A DNA stretch of 63,996 bases, the filler included, from Dirinaria sp. TL-2023a (lineage: Eukaryota), in NCBI GenBank assembly GCA_051941275.1. It is 4 parts of 4 records of this genome, joined end to end, with 100 filler letters (N's around TTAATTAATTAA, not from the genome) between each part and the next. Parts side by side here need not be neighbours in the genome. Positions count along the whole stretch, not along the records: positions 33,061 to 49,488 come from JAVEBF010000491.1; positions 49,589 to 63,996 come from JAVEBF010000608.1; 2 more parts are not named here. The stretch is one strand, 5' to 3'. Positions 36,872-49,620 of this stretch are shown here, one piece after another. Made by a program: the position numbers and the translations under genes. How positions within the stretch are numbered: position 1 is the first letter of the stretch; the number at the start of each line of letters is the position of its first letter. The notes beneath the pieces were generated by a model, which saw only the letters and a list, made by a program, of their open reading frames with translations, searched no databases and was not told the DNA's origin.

Positions 36872-39800
36872 ATGCTACGCCTGCAAAAGAGCGCGACAGC
36901 AGGTCGTTATGCCGCTGTTCAGGCGCGTCTCCAGGGTTGTCATGCCTGCTACAAAAGACTCGCCGCCAGCCGATCCTATGCTTCTGTGACTGATCTGGGC
37001 AATTACCCAAACCCGGGAGCGCAACTGCATGGCTTCACGATCCAGCGTACGAAGCATGTTCCCGAGCTCGAGCTCACAGCTATTCAGCTACAGCACAATA
37101 AGACCGGTGCAGAATATCTGCATGTTGCGAGAGATGACAAGAACAATGTCTTTTCCATCGGCTTCAAGACGAATCCCCCAGACGACACAGGTGTTCCCCA
37201 TATCCTGGAACATACCACACTGTGCGGCAGTGAAAAGTCAGTAAAAGATCGTTTCTGAGCCTCGCGCTGGTCTGACAATACTGCAGGTATCCTGTCCGTG
37301 ATCCGTTCTTCAAGATGCTCCCGCGGTCTCTCTCGAATTTTATGAATGCGTTTACCTCCTCCGACCATACTGCATATCCTTTTGCTACCACCAACGAGAA
37401 AGACTTCAAAAATTTGTTGTCTGTTTATTTGGATGCTACTCTTCGGCCGCTGTTGAATGAGAGCGATTTCGCTCAAGAGGGATGGCGGATCGGTCCTGAA
37501 AATCCTTTGGCTACTGGGAATGCACAAGGTGCAAGTCAAGTGGAACAGAAAGTGGTCTTCAAAGGCGTCGTCTATAATGAGATGAAGGGTCAGATGTCAG
37601 ACGCAAGCTATCTGTACTATATCAGATTTCAAGACCTGATTTTCCCTGATATCCACAATTCTGGTGGTGACCCACAGAAGATGACAGATTTGACGTACAG
37701 TGATCTCAAGGACTTTCATGGCAAAAAGTATCATCCGAGCAACGCCAAAATCTTCACATATGGAAATATGCCTTTAGCAGATCATCTCGAGGAGATCAGC
37801 CGCCAATTGAGACAGTTCGAGCGGGAGCAGGCTGATATGGCCATCAAAGTCCCAGTAAGTCTTCAAAATGGTCCGCTATATTATACTATGAAAGGACCTG
37901 TAGACCCTTTGGTGGGCAAGGAAATGCAATTCAAGACATCAACCTCGTGGCTTACGGGCAACACTTCGGACATACTTGAATCCTTCTCTCTGCAGGTTCT
38001 CTCCTCTCTCATACTAGACGGTTATGGTTCGCCGCTGTATCGCGCGCTTATTGAAGCTGGGCTTGGGCCTGAGTGGAGTCCGAACACTGGATATGACAGC
38101 GGAGGAAGAGTGGGCATCTTCTCCGTTGGACTGAGCGGTGTCAAAGAGGCCGACGTTGCAAAAGTCAAAGCAACCATTACTTCGACTCTCAAAGACATTC
38201 ATAGGAAAGGCTTTGACCGGAACAAAATTGACGGTATCCTGCATCAGTTGGAGTTGACGCTTAGACACAAGACATCCTATTTCGGCATGGGTCTCAGGCA
38301 TCGATTACAGTCAGGATGGTTCAATGGAGTAGATCCCTTAGATGCTCTTGCTTGGAATGAAATTGTATCGAGTTTCAAGTCGAGGCTAGAGGGTCAAGGA
38401 TACCTCGAGGGGTTACTGCAAAGATACTTGATAAACGACCACAACTTAACTTTTACCATGGAGCCTTCGGAAACTTACGGTCACGATCTGGCCGCTGAGG
38501 AATCGGGTCGCTTAGCTACCAAGATCTCCGAGGTTGCTCGCGAAGTAGGTGGGAAGGATCAAGCATATGAGCAGCTGAGAGCGCGTGAGATCAAGCTACT
38601 GGAGGCCCAAGAAAGCGCTCGGAATCAAGACCTAAGCTGCTTACCTACTGTCCGTGTCAAAGATGTACCTCGGCAGTCAGAAAAGAAGCCAATACGCGAT
38701 TCGTCTATGGGAGACGTGAGAGTGCAATGGCGGGAAGCAAGCACAAATGGCCTGACATACTTCCGCGCGGTCAATCTGCTCGAGAATCTACCTGCGGAGC
38801 TGAGAATGCTGATTCCTCTCTACACGGACTGCATCATGCGGCTTGGTACGAAAGATAAGTCTATGGAGGAGCTAGAGGATCTTATCAAGCTTAAGACTGG
38901 GGGCATCGGAGCATCTTATTTCTCTTCTACATCTCCAACCGATCTTGGCAGCGCTACTGAAGGAATCTCTATTTCTGGCCACGCCCTCGACTCGAATGTC
39001 CCTGCCATGTACGAGCTATTGCAAACGGTTCTGCTCGAAACCAATTTTGACGGTCCACAAGCTGCAAACCACATCAAGGAACTACTCCAAGGGAATGCTA
39101 ACGGCGCTCTGGATGCTATAGCAAGCCGTGGGCACTCCTATGCTCAGCGTTATGCAGAAGCAGGCTTGACGCCTCAAGCTCTTCTGAACGAACAAGCGAG
39201 TGGTCTAACGCAAGTACAGCACACCGCTTCGCTAGCTCAACGTTTACCCTCAGATGATCTGGGCGATATTATCGAAAAGCTCAAACTTATCCAGCAATTC
39301 GCAATTACCAAGTCCGCATCGCTCCGAGCGGCAATAACCTGCGGTCGTGAAGCAACATCCGGCAATGATTCTGCATTGGTAGATTTTCTATCTAAATTAT
39401 CGCCTACGAGCGCTATTCCTCACGACCCTGCGCAGTCTGTAAGGTCCCGGGTGACTCCGAGGACCTTCTTTCCACTTCCATATCAGGTCTCTTACTCTGC
39501 ACTTAGTCTTCGCACCGTGCCGTACGTACATGCGCACGGCCCACCGATTCAACTTTTGTCTCAACTTCTGACTCATAAGCATTTGCACCACGAAATCCGG
39601 GAAAAGGGTGGTGCTTATGGCGGAGGGGCCTACGCAGGTGGTCTTAATGGTCTCTTTGGAATGTATAGCTACAGGGACCCTAATCCACAAAACACCATGA
39701 AAATTATACAAGATGCAGGCCGGTGGGCTTTCCAGAAGGACTTCTCGGAACAGGACCTCGAGGAAGCCAAGTTGAGCGTGTTTCAGGCTATCGATGCACC

Positions 39801-40086
39801 TGAAAGTGTCAGTGAAGAGGGAATGACGCGGTTCCTTAGTGGCGTCGACGAAGAGATGGAGCAGACAAGAAGAGAGCGGCTTCTTGATGTCACAATGGCA
39901 GACGTAAAGGATGCCGCTGAGAAGTATCTTATCGATCGCATGCCCCAAGCGACTATTGCAGTGCTCGGAGAAGGAAAAGAGGTGGCTCGCGAAGACGAAG
40001 GCTGGACGATAAAGGAGTTACAAATGACCGAGTCATCTGCGACTACACCGGAAGGGCAGCGAACGTCCGCCGAAGGCATGACGTAG
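36872..40086 (+). CDS. CYM1: Mitochondrial presequence protease (pitrilysin M16C); intron 37237-37286
   Basis: Arg-rich presequence, inverted zinc motif [43 protein letters not shown] and SYRDP. Confidence 0.95.
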
Positions 40087-41744
40087 AGCCCTAGGAGCGA
40101 TGTATAGTATGTACTCTACTCATTTTAAATACTAAAAATATGGCACAGCGGGGAGTCTATATCTTCCGAAATTCTTACATATAATTCGTCTTCGTCACTC
40201 GAATTGTCTCTTCACTGGAGCACTTCACCACTAAGTTTACTGCTGAAGCGCTACTGGACAGACACACGTCTCCAACACATCTCCTCACTGTTGGTAGATC
40301 ACAAGCTTAAGCGCAAGATCAGTATCGAATTGCCAACCTCGTCACCATTTTCGGACCCTACCTTCCTCAGGGTACGGGACCGAAAGGACTACCGGCGAGA
40401 ATTAAGCAATTGCTCCATACTTCAGACCTGTCTGTGAAAAAGCTTCTTTCCTGGCAGACTATACGTGAGAGGACATACCTGGTTTTTGATTTTTGGAAGT
40501 GCGGTAGTCTGGGACGGAATTCGCAATGAGCAGGTATAGCAAAAGCGGTTACTGCTTGGGCATCGGTCAACTTATGTCAGTCGCCTTCGTGGATATTTCA
40601 TTTTCTCTCTTGCCAAATTGAGCCTATCAGTATGAAGAAGGGGATGAGAAATATTTATCTTTTAGTCCTGCTGACATCACTTGAATGCGGCTGGTTATGT
40701 CTTGCAAGCCGCCATTCCGACATTTTGTGGGTTAGCTGTTGGCCTCAAGGGGTTCAGGCAATCTCACATTTCAATCCTGTCTCGATGGGTAAGATTTGAA
40801 CTTAGTATCACCGATGACAAGAAAACTTTTCCACGTGGACTATCACGGAGTTTCCCTCTGATTTCCTGATGGGTTCTGCTATAATCATATTTATGCCGTG
40901 GTTCTTCAATTTTGTTCTTCTCGCCGTCACTGCGTCGTCTATTTTGCATTTCTAGGTTTGGTCTTGAATTAGGTCTGTGAACGAGCTCCAAGATAGCGAA
41001 CAGTAGAGCTCTTACTGTACTACTCATCATTGACCGTTCTTTGAAGGATACAAGAGCCTAACATGATTGTCGGAGTATTGCGCAGCGATTGCGCGCACAG
41101 TGCAACATGTCAATCGCTGATTGTAATTGATAGTTTCCTCAAGGGCGGCAATCAAGGCGGAGATTGAATACGAGAGTGGCCCCCGAATCACCAACTGCAC
41201 GCTGTGTCAACTTCATGTGAAACGAAATTGTCATCTTCTTAAGAGGTTCAAGGCAAAAAACCCCGCACGGAATGGGTCGCTTGAATCATAATCTGTTACT
41301 TTGTGGCAGGCGTGCAGCAGGCAAACGGCTAGCCATGCAGACCGAACCAGTACAGGAGTATGGAGGCATGTACCAAAAGTTCTAGCCAGCGCGATCACCC
41401 AACGCGTCCACTAGAGTATACCTGTTGCTCTTTACGCTGCACATGTGCTCCCCAAAGCGCACCTGTAGTTAGCTGGACAGATTTTATCAGCTCGGATTTG
41501 GGCTAAATCGCCCAGCCCAGGACTTTTGGTGCATACATTCGTACCGCACCTGCAACCTCGAAACTCATGCCTGCCGCAAATCAACAGGAACACCATGCCC
41601 ACTGCATTTTGTTTCATCGGCAGCATGGAAGATGAATGGAGTGTAAGGATTATCGCTGGGCATGGACCGTAGGGTAGTATAAGCGGCATTGCGCCCAAAC
41701 CCCGTTTCTTCAACTATCGGTCTTTTCTACCCATTTTGAGTAAT

Positions 41745-42877
41745 ATGGCCGTTCACAGTAATTTGAAATACCTGCGCTTGATAGTCGTTTTTCTTGTATG
41801 GGAGTCCATTAAAGCTTCAAACACGACGTATGCGGCCTCTGTTGCCAGATTGAGCACCCCACCCCCGGGACCGGACTGTTCGAGTAATGCGACTGCGTGC
41901 TACCTTTACTGGTCCAACACACCACCATGCGCAGTATGAGCCCTTGAAAAGAACCCTGGACATACAATTAACAATAATAGCGCGGATGCTTGCTCAATGT
42001 GACGCTGATCATGCCTTGCCAGTCGACTGATGTCAAATGCCTCTGCGCACATTCATCGTTGATGCATCAAAAATCCGTACCTTGCCTGCAAGCCACTTGC
42101 CAGCAAGCTGCAGAAATCCAACGTATGTCTTTGTTTACGGAGCAGAAGGTAGTATCGTGCGATACGGCCCGCTAACAAGACTGTTCAGCAACGATCAATT
42201 GGTATTATCAAATTTGTAACGAGTACGTAGTCCCGCCGAACCCTTTATTTCAGCTTATACAAGTTTCTAATCACGGGTATAGTGCCCACTTTCCCTTAGA
42301 CACCAATGTTGCGACATCGACAGAGCCGATATCTCTGAGCTTCCCAACAGCAACCGCTACTCGATGGACGAATTCGGTCATGACAGAGACTGAATCTGAT
42401 TCGCCGTCACAGCCAAACGCCGCTCAGCCATCGTCAGTTGCTCTAAAAGTAGGCGTTGGGTTCGGTGCTGGCCTTGGTGGCCTCGTGCTGGTCATAGTGT
42501 TGAGCGTCTTCCTAGTCTTAACAAGGAAACAGAGGCAGAAGAAGCAAGCAGTGGCAAAGAGGAAGGTGAGAAACCGCTATACGAAAATTGCAACTCCCCA
42601 GACGATACCAAGCTTTCCACGGAAAAACGGGATTCGAGTATATTGGAAGACACCTACGGAGCTTGCCTCCTGCTCGGCGCCGAACAGCAGAGGGGAAAAT
42701 CATGTTCAAATATACCAGCAGAATCCTGTAGAGCTCGCCAACTGTTCGACGCCAGAAAGGCCACGAGGAATCCGTGTTCGAGAAGATCAGCGAGACCCTG
42801 TAGAGCCGGCCTCCCGCTCAATGCCGACCAGCCCGAAAGAGATCGGCAATCCCCCAAGCCCAGGGACGTGGGTATAG
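41745..42877 (+). CDS. CFEM-domain single-pass membrane protein; introns 41934-41980, 42123-42188 and probably 42223-42282
   Basis: Hydrophobic N-terminus. Spliced PPCA|RGCL..C..TDVKCLC..VPCL..TC..IC gives the 8-Cys CFEM pattern, followed by a Ser/Thr stalk, TM helix VGVGFGAGLGGLVLVIVLSVFLVL and basic RKQRQKK. Confidence 0.8.
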
Positions 42878-43465
42878 AAGTGGAGGATGATTCAGAGCAT
42901 AGGTACTGGCCGAATCTTTGCTTATGAGAAAACCGTGGTCCAAAAAACTCTGTTGTCGAATATCATTTTTCGAGATCGACTACAGTGAGCTTTATAGTGT
43001 ACTGTAAGTTCGAACTAGTGGCTGGTCACCTGCGAAAAGCCTCATAATAATCAATAATCATGTTGGAATAGATATATAATAATACGCTGCCACCTGTGGA
43101 CTGGCACATCTCAACCTTTTGCGAGCGATCGAGGAGTATATGTAAGGTAGAAGGGGTGAAGTGAACCTTTCGAGCCTTCATTCCATCCATCCATGCAGAA
43201 TGTAAAATGTTACTATGAGTACTAAGTACTTTAGAGTAAGGTAAGTTTCCTTGGCATGCTTGGCTTCGGCGGACTCGTTCCGCAGCCGGCAGGACCGAAT
43301 GGGCCGAGATTTTTAGTGGCTTTGAGCCTTTTCAGTCTTCACATGGGCCCCCCAATCCATTTGGCTATTTTCTTCGTGCTGCTGATGCTGCATCTTTCAA
43401 TATTTCTCGCTGTCTGTTGAAAATCGCTCTTTTTCACGTCCATTCGCTGTGCTCTCCAAAGCGCC

Positions 43466-45882
43466 ATGGCCGACTATACTTTTGGCCTCAATGATGAGGA
43501 AAATGCAGAGCTCAAGAAGATGAACGCCGAAGTCGTACGTAGCCCTCGCTTTCGTGACAGCCTTTTTACTCGTGCTGCTCCTAACCTTCCATCCGCAATA
43601 GCTTGAGGACCCAGATAACTTCGAGACATGGGAAAAATTGGTCCGCGCCGCTGAATCCCTCGACGGCGGTCTCAATCGCAATTCCAGTCCTCAATCTATT
43701 GTCGCAGCACGAGAGACTTACGACCGTTTCCTCTTCAAATTTCCCTTACTCTTTGGATACTGGAAAAAATATGCGGACCTCGAATTCTCTATAGCCGGCA
43801 CAGAGGCGGCTGAGCTGGTAGGCAATTGCGACTCGCTAGTAAACGCCCGCTGATGCAAACTAGGTCTATGAGCGAGGCGTTGCCAGCATAACTAATTCCG
43901 TTGACCTATGGACCAACTACTGCGCCTTCAAGGTTGAGACGAGCCATGACCCCGACGTCATCCGAGAGTAAGTAGAGAAAGACTTGGTTTCCTTCCCATA
44001 ACTCCGAATGCTACAGCACGGTCCTCTGCCCTCAGGAGACATCGTTTCTGGTCGCTGGGAATCATTGCGAGATGGGTGAGAAAGTCACTGCCAGAAATTT
44101 GGGGCTCTCTTCTCACATTTGACAATCAGGCCTCTACATTTCATTCGCACACTCGTTGACCACCTTTCGATGCCCTCTGTTTTGCGTTCGAGATAGAGCT
44201 TGATGGATTCTTCGAGGCTCTTAGCCACTTGAGCACTCTCACTTGCTATGTTTGCGGCCCTTTGCCTACCCTTCTACCACCTTCGTCTCCCCCCCGAATT
44301 TCGTTGCTAATCAGATCCTGCAGGCTCTTTGAGCGAGGCGCCAGCTGTGTAGGTCTTGATTTTCTCGCACATCCGTTCTGGGACAAATACCTTGAGTTTG
44401 AAGAACGATTGGAAGCGCAAGACAAGATCTTTGCCATACTCGATCGGGTAGTACATATACCGATGCATCAATATGCTCGCTACTTTGAGCGCTATCGACA
44501 CTTAGCATCACAAAGACCTCTCCACGAGTTGCTGCCCGCTGATACGCTCGTCCAATTCCGCACGGAAATTGAGCAGGAGGGCCCAAGTTCTATCCAGGCT
44601 GGGTCTCAGCAAATCAAAGCTGAACGTGGTGAGCTGGAGATCGAGCGAGAATTGCGGACTCGGATCGATAATTTCCATCTTGAAATATTCTCTCGTACAC
44701 AAACCGAAACAACTAAACGATGGACTTACGAGTCTGAGATCAAACGACCGTACTTCCATGTCACCGAGCTTGACGAGGGCCAGCTCGTGAATTGGCGCAA
44801 ATATCTTGACTTCGAGGAAGTCGAAGGTGACTACATACGCGCGTCGTTCCTGTACGAACGCTGCTTGGTTACATGCGCCTACTATGATGAGTTCTGGTTG
44901 CGTTACGCTCGATGGATGCTTGCTCAACGGAACAAGGAAGAAGAAGTGCGCATCATTTACCAACGGGCTAGCATGTTCTACGCTCCTATCTCGCGACCGG
45001 CCGTCCGCCTACACTATGCGTACTTCGAAGAATCGTGCAGCGCAGTAGAAAAAGCAAAGCAGATCCACGAGGCTGTGCTTGACAAACTCCCTGGTCATGT
45101 CGAGACCATTATATCGCTTGCCAACCTCTCGCGTCGTCATGGAGGACTGGAAGCAGCGATTGCGGTTTACAAGACTTATATTGATTCGTCTCAATGTGAT
45201 ATCTATGCAAAGGCCGCTTTAGTAGCAGAATGGGCACGACTGCTTTGGAAAATCAAAGGATCAGTTGAAGAAGCACGTCAAGTGTTCCAAAAGAACCAGC
45301 ATTGGTATCTGGACAGCAGACCGTTCTGGATCAATTACCTCATGTTTGAACTTGAACAACCTACAAGTGCGGAGACCGAGCCATCCCAGTACAACAGGAT
45401 AAAACAAGTCCACGACGATATAAGGAGAAAAAGCCATTTGTCACCGTTGACCATGAAAGATCTGTCCCACTATTACATGGTGTATCTACTGGAGCGAGGC
45501 ACGAAGGAAGCAGCAAAGGAGTACATGACTGTGGATCGGGAAGTCAATGGGCACGTACCAATTTTTTCCTACTAATGCAGTCTACTTGTAGCTAATTCCT
45601 TGCTACAGGCCCTTTTCGGTACAAACTATTATGAAAGCGAAGCTAGCAGAAGATGGAAAAGAAGCTACGACCCAACGGCGGATGCTGAGTGAGAATGGCC
45701 ATCCAGGAGTGGCCGTTGATGAAGCGGCTATCCGAAGGGGCGAAAATCCTTACACGAAGTACTTTAATCAGCAAGGCGAGCAGCAACTTGCTAGTGACAC
45801 TCAGGTATAATGCCCCTTTTGAAGGCTGTATCTCCAGCTTCTGGTCTAACTGCTGCAGCCGCAGCCATTACGCTTTCAATAA
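43466..45882 (+). CDS. PRP39: U1 snRNP HAT-repeat protein Prp39; exons 43466-43534, 43602-43817, 43864-43967, 44324-45550, 45609-45804, 45859-45882 (end could instead be 45810)
   Basis: YDRFLFKFPLLFGYWKKYADLE, VYERGV..SVDLWTNY, LFERGA..VGLDFLAHPFWDKY, YESEIKRPYFHV and YERCLVTCAYYDEFWLRYARW. Confidence 0.93.
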
Positions 45883-46340
45883 TCCTCGATCATAGGTTGG
45901 GAAGGTGTCATGCTTTGATCCAAGGTAGGAAGGAAAATTAGAAGCTTTAGAGACTACGCCTGCAATCGGCTTTACTTGATGCTAGCCATGTAAACTAAGT
46001 CTTATTGTACAAATCACAGCATTGCATGTCGTCACATGGAGCTCTTCGCTTGTTATCTGATTGCTGCCGATATGCCTGAGTTGCATTGAGACATGTCAAA
46101 GTGGATGCTGCAGGGGCAAAACAGCAAGTCATCTGAGTCTCATCTGCATGCTGAGCATAAAGATACAAACCTGTGTCGATCATCTTACTTCCTCCTCACA
46201 GTGAATTACGGCTCAGTATATGAATGCTCGTGGCTAATCTGGACAACTCAGTTTCACTCCAAGAAGAGACACAACACTGCCCATCAGCCATTCTTCAGCT
46301 ATCGACTGACACAGCGTTCTGCTACAGACACACTTCGGCC

Positions 46341-47457
46341 ATGGCGGCTGTCCATATGAAGAGGACTAGGTCACAGACCAAGCTGCAAAGATGCTCTCCG
46401 ACCTCTGAAGATTCAAAAACTATACTGAAGAGAGGTTCCATTGCTCGCTACATCTGTGCTCTGTGTCACCAAGGCTTCACCCGGAGGACCACGGTCAAAG
46501 AACCGCATTTCGCCAGCTGCGTTCGAAAGCACGGCAATCCTAATGGCGTGGCTTGGGACGACCATCCAAGCTGCTACATGGAACGACCTGACGGTACTGT
46601 GGGACCGTCCGGGACAACACCTGCCGGTCTGAGCTCTGCAACAAATACCAAGAAGGTAGGAACAGGCAAGAGCAAAAGATCTAGGCATTAGCTTTCAACA
46701 TGCACTGATATCAAAATCTGCCAGGACCCCGACATCGACTTGACGTTAGAAGTAGAGAATGATGGTGGCCTGCAAACCGGAAAAACTGAAGATTTCGATC
46801 AATCACCTGATAAGGGTCACGCAGTAGGGATATCCGCAAATTCGAATACAAAGTCTTCTACAAGATCTTCTGGACCACAACCTTGCACCCCGGAGCCGCA
46901 GCGAGGAAGCTCACATCCCGAGGGACAGCCTCTTCTCCGTAGCGAAATTCAGGATCCACCACAAACCAAAAGACTCTTATCTGGAATGACCATGAACCAG
47001 CTAGCCAATGTTGCGATCGCTGCAAGCAAGCTGAAGGCCGGGTCAAGTGGCACGGAGGCTTTGAAGGTCTTTCAGCTTTGGCGAAACTTGGTCAGTTTGT
47101 TTTCCACCTACTCGCTCCGATCGCTGTGATAAAACGAGCTAACGAGTCTGAAAGCTTCCCCAAGGTTTCACGAGCAATGTTCTGGCGCCGAGCCAAGACT
47201 TCGGGCAGAAGCAACGTCAGCAGGCAGTGGTATGGATGGCACAGGATGTTTACAAAGCTCTTTATGGCAGGGTACAGACGGTCGATGACCAGCTGCAACT
47301 AGTAAAGCTTTGGAGAGACATTTTGATATACCTCGATACTTGGGAGAGTGTCAGGAAGGTGGAGATGTTGTTGGCTGGGGCGTGGGGAGAAGGAGCAGGC
47401 AAGATGCTTGGCGAGATGGGAGAGGACAATTGGAAGCGATTCATGAGTTCTTCGTAA
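46341..47457 (+). CDS. Hypothetical protein with Cys/His zinc-finger-like motif; exons 46341-46655, 46725-47090, 47155-47457
   Basis: Three ORFs are joined in frame by two canonical phase-0 introns (GTAGGA..CCAG, GTCAGT..GCTAAC..AAAG). Motif YICALCHQGFTRRTTVKEPHFASC. Start codon uncertain. Confidence 0.72.
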
Positions 47458-47808
47458 TGGGAGGGGGAGCCCATCCATGAGAACCCACGAACATGCCACT
47501 AAGCGGATTGGAACATATTAATAATCCTAATCATCTAGGTTCGGGAGAGGTGGAAGGAAAGCATGATACTTTTATATACTTTATCTGAACATCTTTAGGC
47601 AGCATCACCTTTTAGTCAGCGAGCTTTCCCACAGATAGCTGTATCAAACATCTCGGTTCGGCTTTTGACAGGATACAGTGCAGTTGAAAAGGAGTCTTCA
47701 ATGCCTTTACAAGCTCTACAATGACCGAATTCGGAGTCCTACCATATCTGAGGGAGCTCAGTAGACTCTCTCTCACTTCCCTCCCTGTGCTTGGCTGCTA
47801 TCGATAAG

Positions 47809-48949
47809 ATGACGACGCCAGGGCAGCGGGAATTGCAAGATACGATCTGGAACGGAGCGATCCCACTCGAGATCCGTCTGTCGCCGGCAGAATGCCGAGT
47901 ATATGATCAAGCTGATTCATACTACGTACGTCTGTCTGTCCATCCATCGGCCGGCTTTTGGGACCAATGTTGAAGAAAGGTGGGAAATGGAGAGCTAACA
48001 ACAAACGTTGGGCACCATTACTCACCAGATCCAATATCCTCGCCTCTCCTACTTGCCGTTCCTGCTCCCACGCCTGCGTGCCTTTTTCGCCTCTTCCCTG
48101 ATCAACCCCGAATTGCCTGCGCATGAAGGATGGTTTTCCTTCGAAAACGTCCCGCTGAAGTGGCACTACCCGCTTGGATTGCTGTATGACCTTTTCGCCG
48201 GTGCTTCGCCATCGCAGGCCCCGGGATCTGCGGCACGGCAGAAAGAAGAGGAGGAGGCGTCATCGTCGTCGAACGGTCAAGATACCACCTCTCTGCCATG
48301 GCAATTGAATCTACATTTTACAGAGTGGCCGGATGAGCAGCTTGTGCGGCTGGATGCGGATGGGAAAGTCATGCATGACGCGTTCATCAATAGCGTCAAA
48401 GAAGCCGATTTCCTGCGCAACGGCACCGCGAAGGGGATCATGTCACTATCGAAGGATGATTCTACACAGCTATGGACGGCTGTTGAAGATCGTATGTTTT
48501 GATTCCAGGGATATCTATATATTCCTGCGGAGTTTACAAGTCCCCCCCCCCACTGACAGGACATAAATGGAAAAATAGATAACCTGGCCGCCTTCACACC
48601 CGTATCCCAGAAACTGCTCTACGCGCAAGGAGCGCCGCTTCGCCATATCCCGCTGAAAATCTATCTGCCTTCCTCGCCCACCGCTTCGGAACCTACATCG
48701 GGCCACCTCCGCGTTGTGCAGTCGCTGATCACGCCTGCGATCGCTGCTGGCTCGAGAGAGCCGCAGACTTTGGGCACGGCCTTGCATGCGTTGTTGCCGG
48801 CGCTGTTTCCTAGTAGAAGGACCCCGATACTGGCAAAGCCTGTGCTCCATGGAGGCGTGGTGCCGATGGCAGCTCCGGTTGAGGAACTGCTGAAGAGCGC
48901 GGCGTATCTGGATGGGTGGTTACATCTCGGACTCGTGATGATGGGGTAG
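47809..48949 (+). CDS. ATG5: Autophagy protein Atg5; exons 47809-47925, 48029-48491, 48579-48949
   Basis: [50 protein letters not shown] (Atg12-acceptor Lys region), RHIPLKIY and YLDGWLH. Confidence 0.95.
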
Positions 48950-49488
48950 CGGTGGAGTACCATAAATACATAAATCGATGCTGTGCTGCGGCGACTCTGG
49001 TGGCTACTATGATTGAAGGACAGTTCGAACATGTTCTTCACAACAATGGCTTCATCATGCTCGCGGATACTTTGTAGACTTTGTGGATCAATATCAAGCG
49101 GATCAAGGTAGATAAAATAGCCCCGATGTAGTAAAACACAAAAGATTCAAACCACCCCCCCCTTCTCCAACCATAACCCAATACAAAGAAAGCCCTCTAA
49201 TCCCTTAATACACCCAAATCAAATTAAATCTAATCAACAATCAAAAAGCCAACACTCATCCTCATCCCCCTCATCCCTATCATAATCTGTACGGCGATCC
49301 CTATAGCCATCTTCCCTTTCTGAACCACCTTCCTAGTTCTTCCGCAAAAAAGATAGCTTCAAAAATAAACTCGCCCACTTCCACTTTCGCGAAATTCGAT
49401 CTCGCCCGCCAATATGACCACTCAACCCTATTATTTCCAAAGGAGGCGGGGGTTGACGGTTGATTTATGCGGGTCTGGAGGTATAGAT

Positions 49489-49588
49489 NNNNNNNNNNNN
49501 NNNNNNNNNNNNNNNNNNNNNNNNNNNNNNNNTTAATTAATTAANNNNNNNNNNNNNNNNNNNNNNNNNNNNNNNNNNNNNNNNNNNN
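49489..49588. other. Assembly gap / artificial linker
   Basis: 44 N + TTAATTAATTAA + 44 N. Confidence 0.97.
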
Positions 49589-49620
49589 TTGATTCGTTTG
49601 AGCTGAGAAAGATCGTGATT

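Noticed and set aside
49100..49488. Possible minus-strand terminal exon next to gap 3
   Set aside because: Only short frames and no recognisable protein motif; cannot be supported.
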